A DNA stretch of 60,784 nucleotides, the filler included, from Globobulimina sp. (taxonomy: Eukaryota), in assembly GCA_003354225.1 (NCBI GenBank). It is 16 parts of 16 records of this genome, joined end to end, with 100 filler letters (N's around TTAATTAATTAA, not from the genome) between each part and the next. Parts side by side here need not be neighbours in the genome. Positions count along the whole stretch, not along the records: positions 22,857 to 26,561 come from PIVH01002229.1; positions 26,662 to 30,366 come from PIVH01002230.1; positions 30,467 to 34,170 come from PIVH01002231.1; positions 34,271 to 37,973 come from PIVH01002232.1; 12 more parts are not named here. One strand, 5' to 3'. A program made the translations under genes and the position numbers. Each line of letters starts with the position of its first letter. The stretch's first letter is position 1. This document shows positions 23,255-36,166 of the stretch, piece after piece. The notes beneath the pieces were generated by a model. That model was not told the DNA's origin and made no database searches. It was given only the letters and a program-made list of their open reading frames with translations.

Positions 23255-23331
23255 GACTGTGTAACGTGTTTCCAAAAACAAAGTTTTTCACGTCTCGGGG
23301 CGCGCCTTTTTTGGAAACACGTTACCCAGTC
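23255..23331. repeat. 77-bp inverted-repeat/hairpin element
   Basis: 24-bp arms GACTG(T/G)GTAACGTGTTTCCAAAAA with one mismatch. Confidence 0.75.
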
Positions 23332-24718
23332 TCGACATTACTGAATATGGGTAAAATACTATTTTGTAATGCCGAATTATTTTTAGGTCGGGATATTGAT
23401 GGCAGAAAATATGATATCGATGATGCCCAATTACCAGCGGATATTACTATTACTTAAGAGGAGAGAAAGAGAGATGATGGACAATCACAATCATGCGTGA
23501 TATTAAAATCAAGCAAATTGAAGCTGAAAAAAGTTTTTGAGCTAGGATCCATTTCGCATCTCAGGATCCATCATAAATAACTTTTTATCGCCAATGGATT
23601 TTTAAAGTAGATATTCGGAATGGACAAGGAAAAACAAGATTGGAGGTATTTTTTTTTTTTAAATCAAGTCAATATTCGTGAAATTATCACCATGTTAAAA
23701 TTGCACCTTAAACCGCATTTTTTCTGAAAAAAACTGCACTGTGTTCCGTAATATCGTTTCGAAACATCGTTTCGAAATCCGTAATATCAACAGTCAGTTA
23801 TATAATTTTGTCGTTACCAGACTCGATTTTACTGACTTCTGATAAAATACTATTACCTTTGTCACTCACTAGAAACGGGTTGCTTCAACAGTTGCCCAAT
23901 AAAAATATGACTCTGAAAACAGTAGTGTTTAAACATATGTTGCTGTGCTAGTCTTATGTACAACCTGTGTTTATGAAAAAGTGAGACATAACATAAAAAA
24001 AAGACATTTTCACTTGAACGATATATTCCACCTACATCCATTTGGTTTGTAATCCATTCAAAACAATGCTCTGCCAATTGAGCTAGGTGACCATTTTTCT
24101 TATTTCTTGTATTTACCATTATTGAAAAAGTAAATCTTGACGAGGCAATTTTAGGTTGATTCGAATCGGTTTCATATGAATTTAATACTAAATTGGGTTA
24201 TACTAATTGTCAAAATCATTGTCGCTCAGTTTCTTTTCATAATCATTGTCGTTTTTTAGGAATTCCATGATTTTAGAAATTTACGTCTGTACAGAAATGA
24301 ATTGCTGGATGACAAAAACGTTATAAGGTAACAAATGCGTTGCTGATTGACAGAAAAACCTGCTCAAAGCCTTGAGAAACGTTTTTATCTGCAGCGGGGC
24401 AGAAGAATCGCAAAGTTCCAAAATCCCAAAAGTCTATGGATCCTAAAACATGAACGACAATGATTATGAAAATATGTATAAATTCATTAATGGGAAACCG
24501 ATTCAAAGTTGGCAGACTAAGCGTAAGTGCCATGTAATTAACTTTGAAAGTATTAGCACTTAGAAAAAAGTTAGTTAGCTAGGCCATGACTGAATATAAA
24601 GTTTTTGGAGGAAGTTAAAGTTTCACAGTTAATTTACTTTGGTAAATTTCATAATTTGAAAGCCTGCAACCAGCCAGGCTTTAGACTCAACAATTTATCA
24701 ATAATGTGTTCAATAGAA

Positions 24719-25815
24719 ATGCATGACATGAATAGGATTGATGATGAGGATGATTGTGATGATGCGGATAATGGATTACATATGAATTACAAATACAAAA
24801 TGAAATTTATATTGACATATTTACAAAGATTGGCGTCGATTTCCATTGTTAAGTACAGAGTATTTTGTTATTGAATGTTTGAATAATTGAATACTTGAAT
24901 AAATAGAGTGTTTCATCGGTTATATTTGGTATATGCATTGGTGATATGTGCATGGGATCGGTGCAATTAGTGGCTATTCGGACTCTTGTTGATCAAACAA
25001 CAAATCTCGGAGCAAGCAGACAATTAACAAATAAAACTATTGATTTATTTGATTTTGATATGGATTTTATTGATGAATGGCATATAATATTTATTATTTT
25101 TGGAGCATCTTCAATTTTATTAGGAATATTTGCCATTTTTTGTTTGGATGAAAAACGAATTAATAGAGTTATTTTATACATTGGCTTAAATTTTTTATTT
25201 ATTTTAGCAGACATTGCCTTGGCGACAGCGGCATTATTATCCATTAATAAATTCCAAGCACACAATCAAATTATTATCCATTCTCTGAAACAGTTTGATG
25301 AGAAACAAATATTACACAGTGCTGCTACACAAATATTTAATTCATCACAAACGCACATTATATGTATTATATGTTTATTCATTGCATTATCAATTCTTAA
25401 ATTTGTCACCATCCCTTTTACACTCTTCACTATGTGGCCAACGACGACAACAACGACAACCACTACAAAAAACAAACGCAAATATTCTAAACCTCCGCCG
25501 CGCGCACCTTCATATCCTGAAGCAACTGAAGCAACTGCAACATCTCAGGCATATTATATGAGAGAAGGCAGATTTCCCTCGTTGCCCGATTCGAAATCAG
25601 TGCAAGAATTAACAGACTCTGAGATGCTATATTTTAATGATCAGAAACAAGACTCTGATATGGAAGGTTTATTTGCCACAAAACCAATAATATTAAATAT
25701 TGCTTCACCACCAAAAAAACAGCTAATTGTAAATAATAATCAACCAATCACACCATTTAAAAATAGTCCATTGGAAAGAAAAGAAACACAAATTATTAGA
25801 AAAAAAGAAATTTGA
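24719..25815 (+). CDS. Four-TM (tetraspanin-like topology) membrane protein, 2 exons
   Basis: Intron 24848-24906 joins the ORFs in frame. Four hydrophobic segments and a low-complexity tail. Confidence 0.6.
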
Positions 25816-26661
25816 TCAAAACCAGTAACTGTCAAATATTTTATAATAACATGGTCCATTCTTGTCGATATTTTTGCAAAGTGAATACAAACTGTACATT
25901 TTTGTTTTTTTGCAAAGTGAATGCAAACTTTATATTGATTCAACCCTAGAACCAGGCTCGAGCTAATACAATAAACCTATGGTGTATTATGCATGATATT
26001 TCCATGCCAGTGTCATGTCTAAAGTTTGCTAGAGGTTAGGTATCATTTTTCAGTTCCACTAAGTTTCAGTAACATTATACATCAAGCTCTCAATCAGTCA
26101 AATCAATGGATACCATCTCAGCAATGTTCAATACATTTTTGACGAAGAAAATAAAATAAATTCAATAAAACCTGTTTTGACAACCAGTTAAAACAAATAT
26201 TGGTTGTGGTGTGTCGTTTCTTATCGATAGTAATTGTGAAGAGACGACAGGACATGACGTGACTGTGTTGAATCGTTGTGATTCGACTGTTGCATTTCAT
26301 TGCAATTTGTAAGTGCTAATTCCTCGACGCTAAAATAATCACTGTTTAGCGGATCCAATGTTGACTCCATTTAATGTCGACATGAAAAAAGCTTTGTGGA
26401 TTTATTTTTTTTGCTCCACACTACTGTTTCACAAGTAAGAAAACTCCACAATTCTGTTCCGCAAAAAATGTGCCAAAGAACATTTGGGTCCAAATCCCAA
26501 TCATGAATCATCACAATTTATTATTTTTCGTTATAATTAATCATAAAAAAACTGCCATTTGNNNNNNNNNNNNNNNNNNNNNNNNNNNNNNNNNNNNNNN
26601 NNNNNTTAATTAATTAANNNNNNNNNNNNNNNNNNNNNNNNNNNNNNNNNNNNNNNNNNNN

Positions 26662-26997
26662 TTCATTTTGTCCACCGCCTGGTCCCCAGAATATTTTTGT
26701 GGTGATCCATAATTTAGAGCGCCTCCACAATTTACTGTCTTCTTTGGCTAAGATTTTAAGTGCTTGGCCCATGATAATTTCAGCATCGCCATTTTCTTTG
26801 CTATACGCTTCAGCGTTATCGAATAAATTAATTCCGGCTTTGCGACAGATGCGTAAGATGGATACACAAAGATCCACGCCTTCTTTGACGCCAAAGGTGG
26901 CCCAGAATCCGAAACCTAAGGTCGAGACTTTTAAACCGGTGTTACGCAACATTCTGTATTCCATTTCATAGTCTTCATCTTTTTTTGCCTCTGCCAT
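26662..26997 (-). CDS. KCNAB: Voltage-gated K+ channel beta subunit / aldo-keto reductase, 3'-partial
   Basis: MEYRMLRNTGLKVSTLGFGFWATFG, GINLFDNAEAY and WRRS..ITTKIFWG motifs. Confidence 0.88.
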
Positions 26998-27053
26998 GTT
27001 CTGGCTTTAAATAAATGTTTTTTTATAATCACTTTTAATATATAAACTAAACC

Positions 27054-28182
27054 ATGACTGCGTCCTTTCGTCCTGGGATGGCAAAAATGCCGCAACGACC
27101 ACCACCAAAACTAGCCCAAGCACAGCCAATATCAACAGTGCAATCCCAACCGCAAATTAGGTACCAACCACAACCTACCTCTCAACCAACATATCAACCA
27201 AAAACGTTGCAACCGCAACCACAGCCAACCTATCAGCCACAACCTTCATATTCACAGCCACAGCCACAGCCACAACCTACATATTCTCAACCACAACGCA
27301 CATATCAGCCATCAGGAAGTGCTCAAAAAGCAACTCAATACAACAGCGGAGCAGCAACGGTCGGCACACTTAAAATATGGGCCTCGCAACAAACATTTTT
27401 AGATATTTATCAAGTAAATGCATTTTATACTGGCACGGCACAACGGAGTCAATATTTCATGAGTCTCTGGAAAACAGCAACATGTTTTGGGCTGCAATTC
27501 ATCGGTATTTTATTATTAATGGCTGACCAATGGGCGGCTTACAAAGCTTCATCCAACGGAGCCTGTGGTGGTATTCGCGGCAACGTGGCTCTCGTTGGCT
27601 ATTTTTTTGCTACCTACATTACCATATTCTGTACAGAACAGATCCGAAGTCTTAATCGCTACGGAATGTATGTTTGTGTTCCCTTCTTTGATATAATACA
27701 TGCTAATTATATGCAGGTATGGTTGGGGAGAACAACAGCCAGATTTTGTAAATGCGTTATGGGTGGGAGTAGGACTATGGGTCAACTTAATTTCGTTATT
27801 TTTATCATGGTTTGTCTCGTGTATTATAATATTTACCTCGGAGGATGTTTTAAATATGGTTTTAAATTCTGTTGCAGTCACTTTTATGCTCACTTTGGAT
27901 GATGAAATAATCGGTGCATCCGATTATAATCGGATTGAAATGTGGGACGGCCAAAATCATACCGCCTGTAGAGCCATAAATGATTGTTACAGGAAACTTG
28001 GTGGTATTTTGTTAAGGATACATCCGGTGTGGCAAAGACGAATTCAATTTAGACAATGGACCATTGAGTGCTGTGACTGTGTATTATGTCCATTCATGAT
28101 TCTTATTCCAATTATTGTGCTATTTTGTTATCCATACGATGACGCAATCTGTCTTTATGAAGAACCTGCACTCTGTGGTTAG
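27054..28182 (+). CDS. Membrane protein with Q/P-rich N-terminus, 2 exons
   Basis: Intron 27668-27716 joins ORFs 27054 and 27700 in frame. Several TM helices and the motif VLNSVAVTFMLTLDD. Confidence 0.7.
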
Positions 28183-28233
28183 CTAACGGTGACATTGTGA
28201 TTATCTTGTATATAAATTTTACAGTTTTTGAGT

Positions 28234-29376
28234 TCAAAACCCGTCAGTAGTATTCATACAAAATTGCATTAATTTATCAATTTCAAAAGCTCCCTCGTTA
28301 CTGTTTGAATGATTATGTTTCCAATTTGCATGCTTCCAATGTATTGGATTCAGCTTAATCTCGACATCGTTATTAAAGAACTCAATCAATTTCTGTATAT
28401 CATCATTTGTCACATCGAATATTAACAAATCATTCATTCGATTTCTTGATTTAAAATAGTGAATAACATAACAATTATACCAATACCAATCTTCCTCCCA
28501 ATACTTTAAAACTTCTTCTTTTGTTAAATCCGAGTTCCAATTTGCTTTGTTTCTATCTTTCAATGCTCTGAAATAAAAAAACGAATGCAACTGCCAATAT
28601 TGTTTGACATTGGAAGCTCGCTTATATTTTGCTTTATGTTCACTTCTACTCAGTAACCATTCATCCATTGGGCGTATATTTAATATAAACTTACTACATA
28701 AATATTGTTGATCCAATAATTCAAACCAAAAGTATTTGTACTGTTTATGCGAAATATCAAATTGTATATCATATTCCAAATATATGTTACAAGGAGCATT
28801 TATATCATTTATCAGTGGAGAAATTCCAAAATCGGAAAAAAATACATATTCCTGACAGAATCCGTCCAATAACAGCCTGAAATTGATAAAATTATCCAAC
28901 ATCAATCGATAACATGGTGAAAAATCACATATTGGTTTCGCGTTCAGCTTACTATCCAATGAGCAGTTGTTTTTGCATTCATAATGAGCAGAGCCGTATG
29001 AGTTGCTCGAGAAAAAATCCTTCAATGAATTAGTGCCAACGCGATGGAAACCAATTTGGAATATCCTGTATGGTATAATTAGGTTTGAATTAGGAATATT
29101 GTCACATTTCAGCTGGTTATATCCAAGTGCATTCCGCTGATGTTGTAGTTTTCTCCAAACTGGAAGCTCAGAGCTGGAGTACAATTCTGTACAATAAGAT
29201 TTGTAATGTATTGATTTATCCAACTCCTTTGGGATAGTTATCTCAATAATTCTGTTGTCGTTGGAATCCAAAGCATTATTCAAATATTCAAAATAAGCAT
29301 ACATTAACATAATGATTATCATCAACGTAACAAGTGAGACATGAAACGAATATGTTCGACCTTTGAAAAGGCGCAT
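28234..29376 (-). CDS. Type II membrane sulfotransferase-family (P-loop) protein
   Basis: N-terminal TM, IFQIGFHRVGTNSL (5'-PSB-like) and KFILNIRPMDEWLLSR (3'-PB-like). Confidence 0.75.
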   Translation of the reverse strand: MRLFKGRTYSFHVSLVTLMIIIMLMYAYFEYLNNALDSNDNRIIEITIPKELDKSIHYKSYCTELYSSSELPVWRKLQHQRNALGYNQLKCDNIPNSNLIIPYRIFQIGFHRVGTNSLKDFFSSNSYGSAHYECKNNCSLDSKLNAKPICDFSPCYRLMLDNFINFRLLLDGFCQEYVFFSDFGISPLINDINAPCNIYLEYDIQFDISHKQYKYFWFELLDQQYLCSKFILNIRPMDEWLLSRSEHKAKYKRASNVKQYWQLHSFFYFRALKDRNKANWNSDLTKEEVLKYWEEDWYWYNCYVIHYFKSRNRMNDLLIFDVTNDDIQKLIEFFNNDVEIKLNPIHWKHANWKHNHSNSNEGAFEIDKLMQFCMNTTDGF

Positions 29377-29544
29377 TTTCCAATGAGTCAGTCCCCCAAA
29401 AACGAAAAAAACGCAAAGTGCAAGGATACATAAATTAAATTAAAACTTTTTCGATATTCAACATTGTACAATGCAAACACACAATGCAACATAAAAAATA
29501 TACACAAAAAAACAAATAAAAAAAGAAACTAATATATACTAAAA

Positions 29545-30366
29545 TTAAGGTGTTGAAAACGAAGCATTATTAAATTGCAATTGATTCAATACGGAAGAGC
29601 CAGCCACATCATTTAACACACCGTTCCATACCAAAAACGATTGTGTATATTTGCCTGTATTCGCCTTAAATTTAAATTTACTGTCAAGTTTGATACAAAA
29701 TGCATTATACTTCAAAGCACGCGGATAATATCCAAAGTAAATCTGTTCAAATAATTTAATCCCAATCGAGACCAACCAACACTGTTTAAATGGTATTAAA
29801 TTTGGTAAAAATAACTCATTTTTTAATAATTGAAATAAGTCATCATTTTCAAAAATTATTCCAATTTCATTTATTAATTGATCAAATTTCTGATAATGTG
29901 TCAATTTACAGTCAAATTCTTCAATTTCTCCATTATCTCTCCGTTGATGTTGATTATGATAATCGCAAATATCGCCAACTTTGGACACAAACTCTTGTAA
30001 ATGTTTCAAATAAAATGCACATTCAAATATAGTACAAGTTTTACGCATTTTTTGTATTTTAATAAATGGAGTGATTTGCGGTAATTTATATTTGATGCTA
30101 TAATAATCGATGAGTGTGATGTACGACAATAAGAAAAGTATGCTATTGGAATAGGGCAAGAGGTTCGACTTAAATTCGTCAGTATTTTGGATGTCGATAT
30201 CCATGATTTGGATTTTCCAGATCATAAACTGATCCTTGATATTCATGTTATGTCCTAATAAATTCACAGAGAAGTTGTCGTATCTTTTGATAATATCGGT
30301 TTGATTTGAATAAATTGTTAATAACGTCGAGCGAGAAAAGGTATCTTTCCATTCATTTTCTGAGAT
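29545..30366 (-). CDS. Hypothetical protein, 5'-partial
   Basis: Long ORF running to the contig edge, with no recognised motif. Confidence 0.5.
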   Translation of the reverse strand: MSENEWKDTFSRSTLLTIYSNQTDIIKRYDNFSVNLLGHNMNIKDQFMIWKIQIMDIDIQNTDEFKSNLLPYSNSILFLLSYITLIDYYSIKYKLPQITPFIKIQKMRKTCTIFECAFYLKHLQEFVSKVGDICDYHNQHQRRDNGEIEEFDCKLTHYQKFDQLINEIGIIFENDDLFQLLKNELFLPNLIPFKQCWLVSIGIKLFEQIYFGYYPRALKYNAFCIKLDSKFKFKANTGKYTQSFLVWNGVLNDVAGSSVLNQLQFNNASFSTP

Positions 30367-30466
30367 NNNNNNNNNNNNNNNNNNNNNNNNNNNNNNNNNN
30401 NNNNNNNNNNTTAATTAATTAANNNNNNNNNNNNNNNNNNNNNNNNNNNNNNNNNNNNNNNNNNNN

Positions 30467-31520
30467 TGTACATCGAACAAAATCATTTGAATAATTTGCA
30501 GCATGATATATTTTATATCCATTCAAAATGCATCCAAATCCTGACTCAGCATATTTAACTTCATGGATATTGCCATAAGCATCTTTGTATAATGTGCCTC
30601 CTGTCATTGTGCATGGATCACTTTGTGCCTCCTCAATGCAATTCCAAAATTAATAAAAAAATCAAAGATTAATCCTAAACATGCTGCACCAACCAAATAC
30701 AGCCATGGCCAATCCGCCATATTGCCATTCGGAAATGTCTCTAATTTAAATACATCCAATATTACAATTACAATCCACATAAATAAAAAATTGAAAGTTC
30801 CCAACAATGATAAAAATTGACAGACATGAAATACATCCATATCACCATAAACTTTCTTAAATGACACTTTGTATAAAGCAGCACAAATTGCAGCAAACAC
30901 AGATAGTATACAACCCAAAAAAGCAAACTTCCCATCATGGCTGGGATTACTTAAAGAGATCAATAAAATACCACCAATACAAAAGAGGACAGCTATCACT
31001 TTGAAGCAAGAATGTTTATTGTCATCCAATAAAAGAATGGAAAATATATAAACAAAGGCTGGAGCAGAACTGAACAGTGCAGTCACCAAAGTCGCAGAGA
31101 TTTCAGATAATGCTCGAACATAACAATGATTTGCTGCAGCCCATAATGAGTAAAAATAAATGTATCTTAATGCAGAAGTTTAGAAAATGGAGAAACCAAT
31201 TTGTCATCTTTCAGTTTTTTGGGGTTTACAACATTCACATAATGCGATTTGATAATGACAGGAATGCAACATAATATTTTGAATGATGTAGAAAACCACA
31301 TAATGGCAAACGGAACATCAAATGATTTTGTTTCAACTGTTTGAGCAAATTGAGTTGATCCTGTCCATGAAATTGCAATTCCGATTACAATCAGAATTCC
31401 ATATAGCAATTTTTGGGTAGTTTGTTTATTCTGTTCTTTTGCAGAAGTCTGCAGAGCGACGTGTAACGTTGGGTTCTCTTCATGTTCTTGCGCATTTAAC
31501 AAAGCCTCAGGGTTAGACAT
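30467..31520 (-). CDS. SLC35F/EamA-type transporter, multi-exon, 3'-partial
   Basis: ISWTGSTQF..FDVPFAIMWFSTSF, VTALFSSAPAFVYIFS, AALYKVSFKK and FFINFGIAL motifs, spread over ORFs 31167-31520 and 30604-31089. Confidence 0.8.
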
Positions 31521-31665
31521 TTTGGTTTACACAGAATGATTTTTTAAAGAGATGATAATTTTTAAATACAAAAACAGTGAAGTCATTCAAGATAATGAAC
31601 TTTTTATGCTATATCATATTGGTATTACCATTCACATTAAAACACTACGTAACACTTTATAATTA

Positions 31666-32472
31666 ATGTTCACTGCACAGGGTATAGTTTCAGGATTATT
31701 AGGATGGGTATTTTTAATCGATCATTCGTGGTCTTTGACAGCAGCGCCACAAGAATCTGTATTAACTTTTTATAATTGGTTTGGTTCATTACAAGTTATT
31801 CAATATCAATTATATACATTCCATTCATATATTGTCTGTCTACACAACTTTAAGGATTGGCAACGCTTTTACGAAGGACCAGCCGTTGATATAATGCTTG
31901 GAAATTGTGATATTGAACAAGATTCAATGATATTTGAATTTGGATTTGGAACAGGGTTTTTAGCAAATGAATTATTAAAAGAATATTCAAAATCAAGATA
32001 TATTGGTGTTGATATATCAAAAACAATGCACAATTTGGCCTCGCAGAGAGTGGCAAACTTTGGAAACAGAGCAGAATTACATTTAGCAACAGACACATTG
32101 GGCGTTTTAAAAGCATTACCAAATGAGTCAATTGATCGGTTTATCAGTACCTATGTCTTTGATTTATTGCCAAAAAACAAAATGAAAGAAATTATTACAA
32201 CTTTACAAATGAAATTGAAAGGAAATGGTAAAATATGTTTAACTTCATTGACAAATAAAGTTGAGGAGAAAAATAAAGTTGCAAAGATAATATTGAATGG
32301 TTGGAATACAATCTCAAGAGTATGCAAAATGTGTATGGGTGGATGTCGACCGATTGATCTAAATTATCCGTTTTATGTGCAAACCACCCCATTAGTTGTT
32401 ACTTTTGAAGAGATTTACATTCAGTATGGAATTCCATCACAAATAGTAATTGCAGAAAGGAAAAAAAGCTGA
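31666..32472 (+). CDS. Class I SAM-dependent methyltransferase
   Basis: IFEFGFGTG (motif I), YIGVDIS and DRFISTYVFDLL. Confidence 0.85.
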   Translation: MFTAQGIVSGLLGWVFLIDHSWSLTAAPQESVLTFYNWFGSLQVIQYQLYTFHSYIVCLHNFKDWQRFYEGPAVDIMLGNCDIEQDSMIFEFGFGTGFLANELLKEYSKSRYIGVDISKTMHNLASQRVANFGNRAELHLATDTLGVLKALPNESIDRFISTYVFDLLPKNKMKEIITTLQMKLKGNGKICLTSLTNKVEEKNKVAKIILNGWNTISRVCKMCMGGCRPIDLNYPFYVQTTPLVVTFEEIYIQYGIPSQIVIAERKKS

Positions 32473-32619
32473 CGAAAAATAGATATAACAGTAAACAGTT
32501 AATCTAACTTACCTTGCAGTTGTAGGTGATTTAATTGACAGACTTTGACAGTCTAAATCCACAAACATTTCTAAATCCAAATCTTTCTATTTAGTGAAGT
32601 TACTGAAGTAGTTTATAAA

Positions 32620-34170
32620 ATGTTGCATTTGCCAGTATTTAGAACTGAATCGATAGTGGATAATGAGTTTAAATTTGATACTCCAAAGTGCATCAAACAT
32701 CCATTTATTACTATCCATAACAGTGAAGAATTATTATCAGTTTTAAAATTTGCAAAAAAATCAATAAACAGATTATATTTTGAACAATATCAACACTTTA
32801 ATCTTACGATATCGCTTAGAACAGATATTAGCAATGATGCTATCATATTATGTGGAGAGATAATTGGTTGTTTAAGCAAATATATTCGTACATTACATAT
32901 TGGAATTAATGGAGATAACAAGAATGAGAAAAAAATGGATTGGGATGAAATGTTTGCTAAAATAATCAAAATGTGTTTGCTTCATCAATTAAATAGAATT
33001 GATATGAAACTAAAAAGATTTCCATTATCAGAATATATATATTTTAATAATTTTTATTGTAATTTATTTTCATTAAATTACCAAAATAATCCCATTACAA
33101 ATTGCCATACAATAACTTTTGAGATTGTAATCGAAAATAATTTAATTCAATTTTGGATAAATAATAAAAACGCATTTAATGAATTTCAAAATAAATTATC
33201 ATCAACAACGAATATCGGCCATTTTATATTACGATTGGAATTATTCTCATTTAATAATGACATAAATAAAATATTCCATCAAATGTTACTTTGTATCTCT
33301 TCAAATAAATACATTGTTGAATTAACCTTAAAATTGCGAATAGCCACAAATTATAACTTAGACACAAACTCATTTCTAAATGACAAAAACGACAAACAAT
33401 TCATAAATACATCTATTCAGTCCTCAATTATTAACTGTATTAAAAATAAACAAATTAAACACGACAGCGATATAAATAAAGCATATATCGATGGCAATAA
33501 AATGGAATTTATTCACAATGAATTCGAGCTGCGCATAGATGCACATAACAGCGATAAATATTTAAAACAGCATTTAATTGCTATTGATTCACTATTTTTA
33601 GAGCAATTATTTGCTGCAGTATTAAGCAATAATAATATCTCACTGTACAGCTTATATTTAAATGAATGCATTTGGGATAAACATGGTATACAATCATTAT
33701 GTAATGTTATTGATAGCTCACACCATTCATTGGAGAAACTAGCACTAAACGATCCAATCTATGATTGTCGTCAATATATGATACACCAGCATCAGTTTGG
33801 GACATTGGTCAATCATTTAACATCTCCGCAATGTAAGTTGACGCATTTTTCATTTGCAAATATCGGAAATAGCGATGTTTTTATTGGAAATGTGACCCAT
33901 TTAATTTTGAATTGTAATCCATTTATGAGTTATATTGGATTGACATTTAATAAACTCATATTAACAAAAGCACAGTGTTGTGCTATCATTGATTCTTTTT
34001 TCCAACATTTGTTGAAATTATATAAATATCAACAATGTTTGTATCAAACTTTGAAGAGTTTAGGTTATTTTGATGAAGATGTGTTGCCATTCATTGTGCA
34101 ATATTGTAAGATAAATGGGTTTGTTGTTGATATTTTGAGAATAATACCGGATTATTTGGAATGGGAAATT
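32620..34170 (+). CDS. Hypothetical RNI/LRR-like protein, 3'-partial
   Basis: Long ORF with LxxLxL repeats (LYSLYLNE, LEKLALND, LTHFSFAN). Confidence 0.55.
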
Positions 34171-34463
34171 NNNNNNNNNNNNNNNNNNNNNNNNNNNNNN
34201 NNNNNNNNNNNNNNTTAATTAATTAANNNNNNNNNNNNNNNNNNNNNNNNNNNNNNNNNNNNNNNNNNNNTGTTAATACAAAAAATGTAAATAGTGTTAT
34301 ATTGCTTGTTAATTATTATTCTTATGATTAATCGTTTTATCTTTTGGCATTGTCTCAATTCCTTTCTCAATCAATTGATTTCTTAAGTTTTTGAAGATTT
34401 TGAAGCTACACTAAAACAGAGAGTAAGTCCGATTGAGTGACCGATAACAAAATCTTTTGGAAC

Positions 34464-36089
34464 ATGACACTTTGTGAGTCTCCTCGTCTTGAACTCACTG
34501 AAGCATTTACTTTAATTGGCGTGTTATTGATTGCAGCCGTATTATATGTCTTATGTACATTTATATTTTACTTTGTAAAATCACAGCCAAAAGCAAGATA
34601 TTATGGAAATGGAGAAAAACAAGAGACAAAACGTATATGTTCGTTTTTAACAAAATTAGGATTTATATTTTTTATAATAATATTAATAGCGATGGTTGTT
34701 GAAATTGTATCAGTTTTTGAGATTTGTTCCAAAGGCAAATACCATAATTTATTTACAAAATGTATACAATTTATATTTTTATTGCACCTCAACTGTTGTT
34801 TATTATTATGGTATTCACAAATCTATGGAATATTATTCAACACAAAATATAAAATATATAAATGTGTCACCGCAATATCAATGGTAATATTTATCACATC
34901 CATCACCTTTATATGTTTTGACATATTTCTTTCTCAATTGTTTCTATTCTCAGTTGGCAGTCTTTTTATATATATCATTGAATGTATATTTATGTCATAT
35001 TTATTCCTTTACAAATTATGCAAAATATCGGGACACAGTCAGTTTTTATTAGACCTGATATCTGATAAAATATACAAGAAAGAAAAACGTAAAAATGATG
35101 GATTAATTCACCGTTTTACCAAAATAGCAACGTTATACTTCACCAGTTTACTTTTATCCATTTTATCATTGCTTGTCGTAATATTTTCGAATATAGAATT
35201 CCTGGCTTATTTTGTAATTTTATTTGATATTTTTTGCAATTTTATTCTCATCATTTTATCATATATTTATTATGAAAAATATTATCAGAAAATGTGTAAA
35301 TCTATGCACAAATCGTGCATATTAACAATAAATAAATGTGTTTGTTGTTTGGTTCATTATGAAAAAAGACAGATAAATAAAATGGATACTAAACAAGAGA
35401 CAGTTAAGGTATTCCTCTCATTGACTGCATACTTATGCGTAATAACCAAAACCTTTTAGTGTTAATTGTAATGAGTGCTAAAATGCATAAGAATGCAGTG
35501 TCTGAGACCAATGCTTTGTAAGTTCCAGCAAGAAAATGGTGGCTTCGCAGAGGATGGAAGCGAAGAAAAGAACTCAACTGAACTTAATTTGGAAATTGTG
35601 TATTCCGAAACACCCTCAAAACCAGTTTTAGAAACAATGGACGACACTGTCGAAGCACAGACGGTGATGGCAAGTCCGCATAAACGGGAATGTGCAGCGT
35701 CAGTATCTGAAATATATGACGACATCGAAGCAGAACAACAAATGAGCAAAGTTGTAGTTAATAGCAATACTGGTTCGACTCGTTTGTATGTCCGAGCAAA
35801 TTCGTTGATTGGAACGGATGAAAATGATATGGAGTCAATCACTGATAATCTGAATAGCACTGTTTATATTAATGATAGTCAGCATCAACAACATCAACAA
35901 CATCAACAAACTGCTACACAACAAATGGAAGAAATATTGGAGGATATATTGGAATATGATCAAGAAACTGACTATGTGTATTCAAAGGGTACAAATGTAA
36001 CACAATCTAGACAATCAAATCGATATAGGTCTCGGGATACAACGGCAAACAACTCTGAAAACGACGTCGACGAATCTGAAGTCCCATAG
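34464..36089 (+). CDS. 7TM (GPCR-like) protein with acidic cytoplasmic tail, 2 exons
   Basis: Seven hydrophobic segments. Probable intron 35409-35528 joins to ORF 35475 in frame. Confidence 0.65.
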
Positions 36090-36166
36090 TAGAGATAAAT
36101 CATTTTGATATTTTGTGCTTGTTTGTGTCATTGTTGAAGAAGTAAGAAAAATCTTTTTGCTCGATC

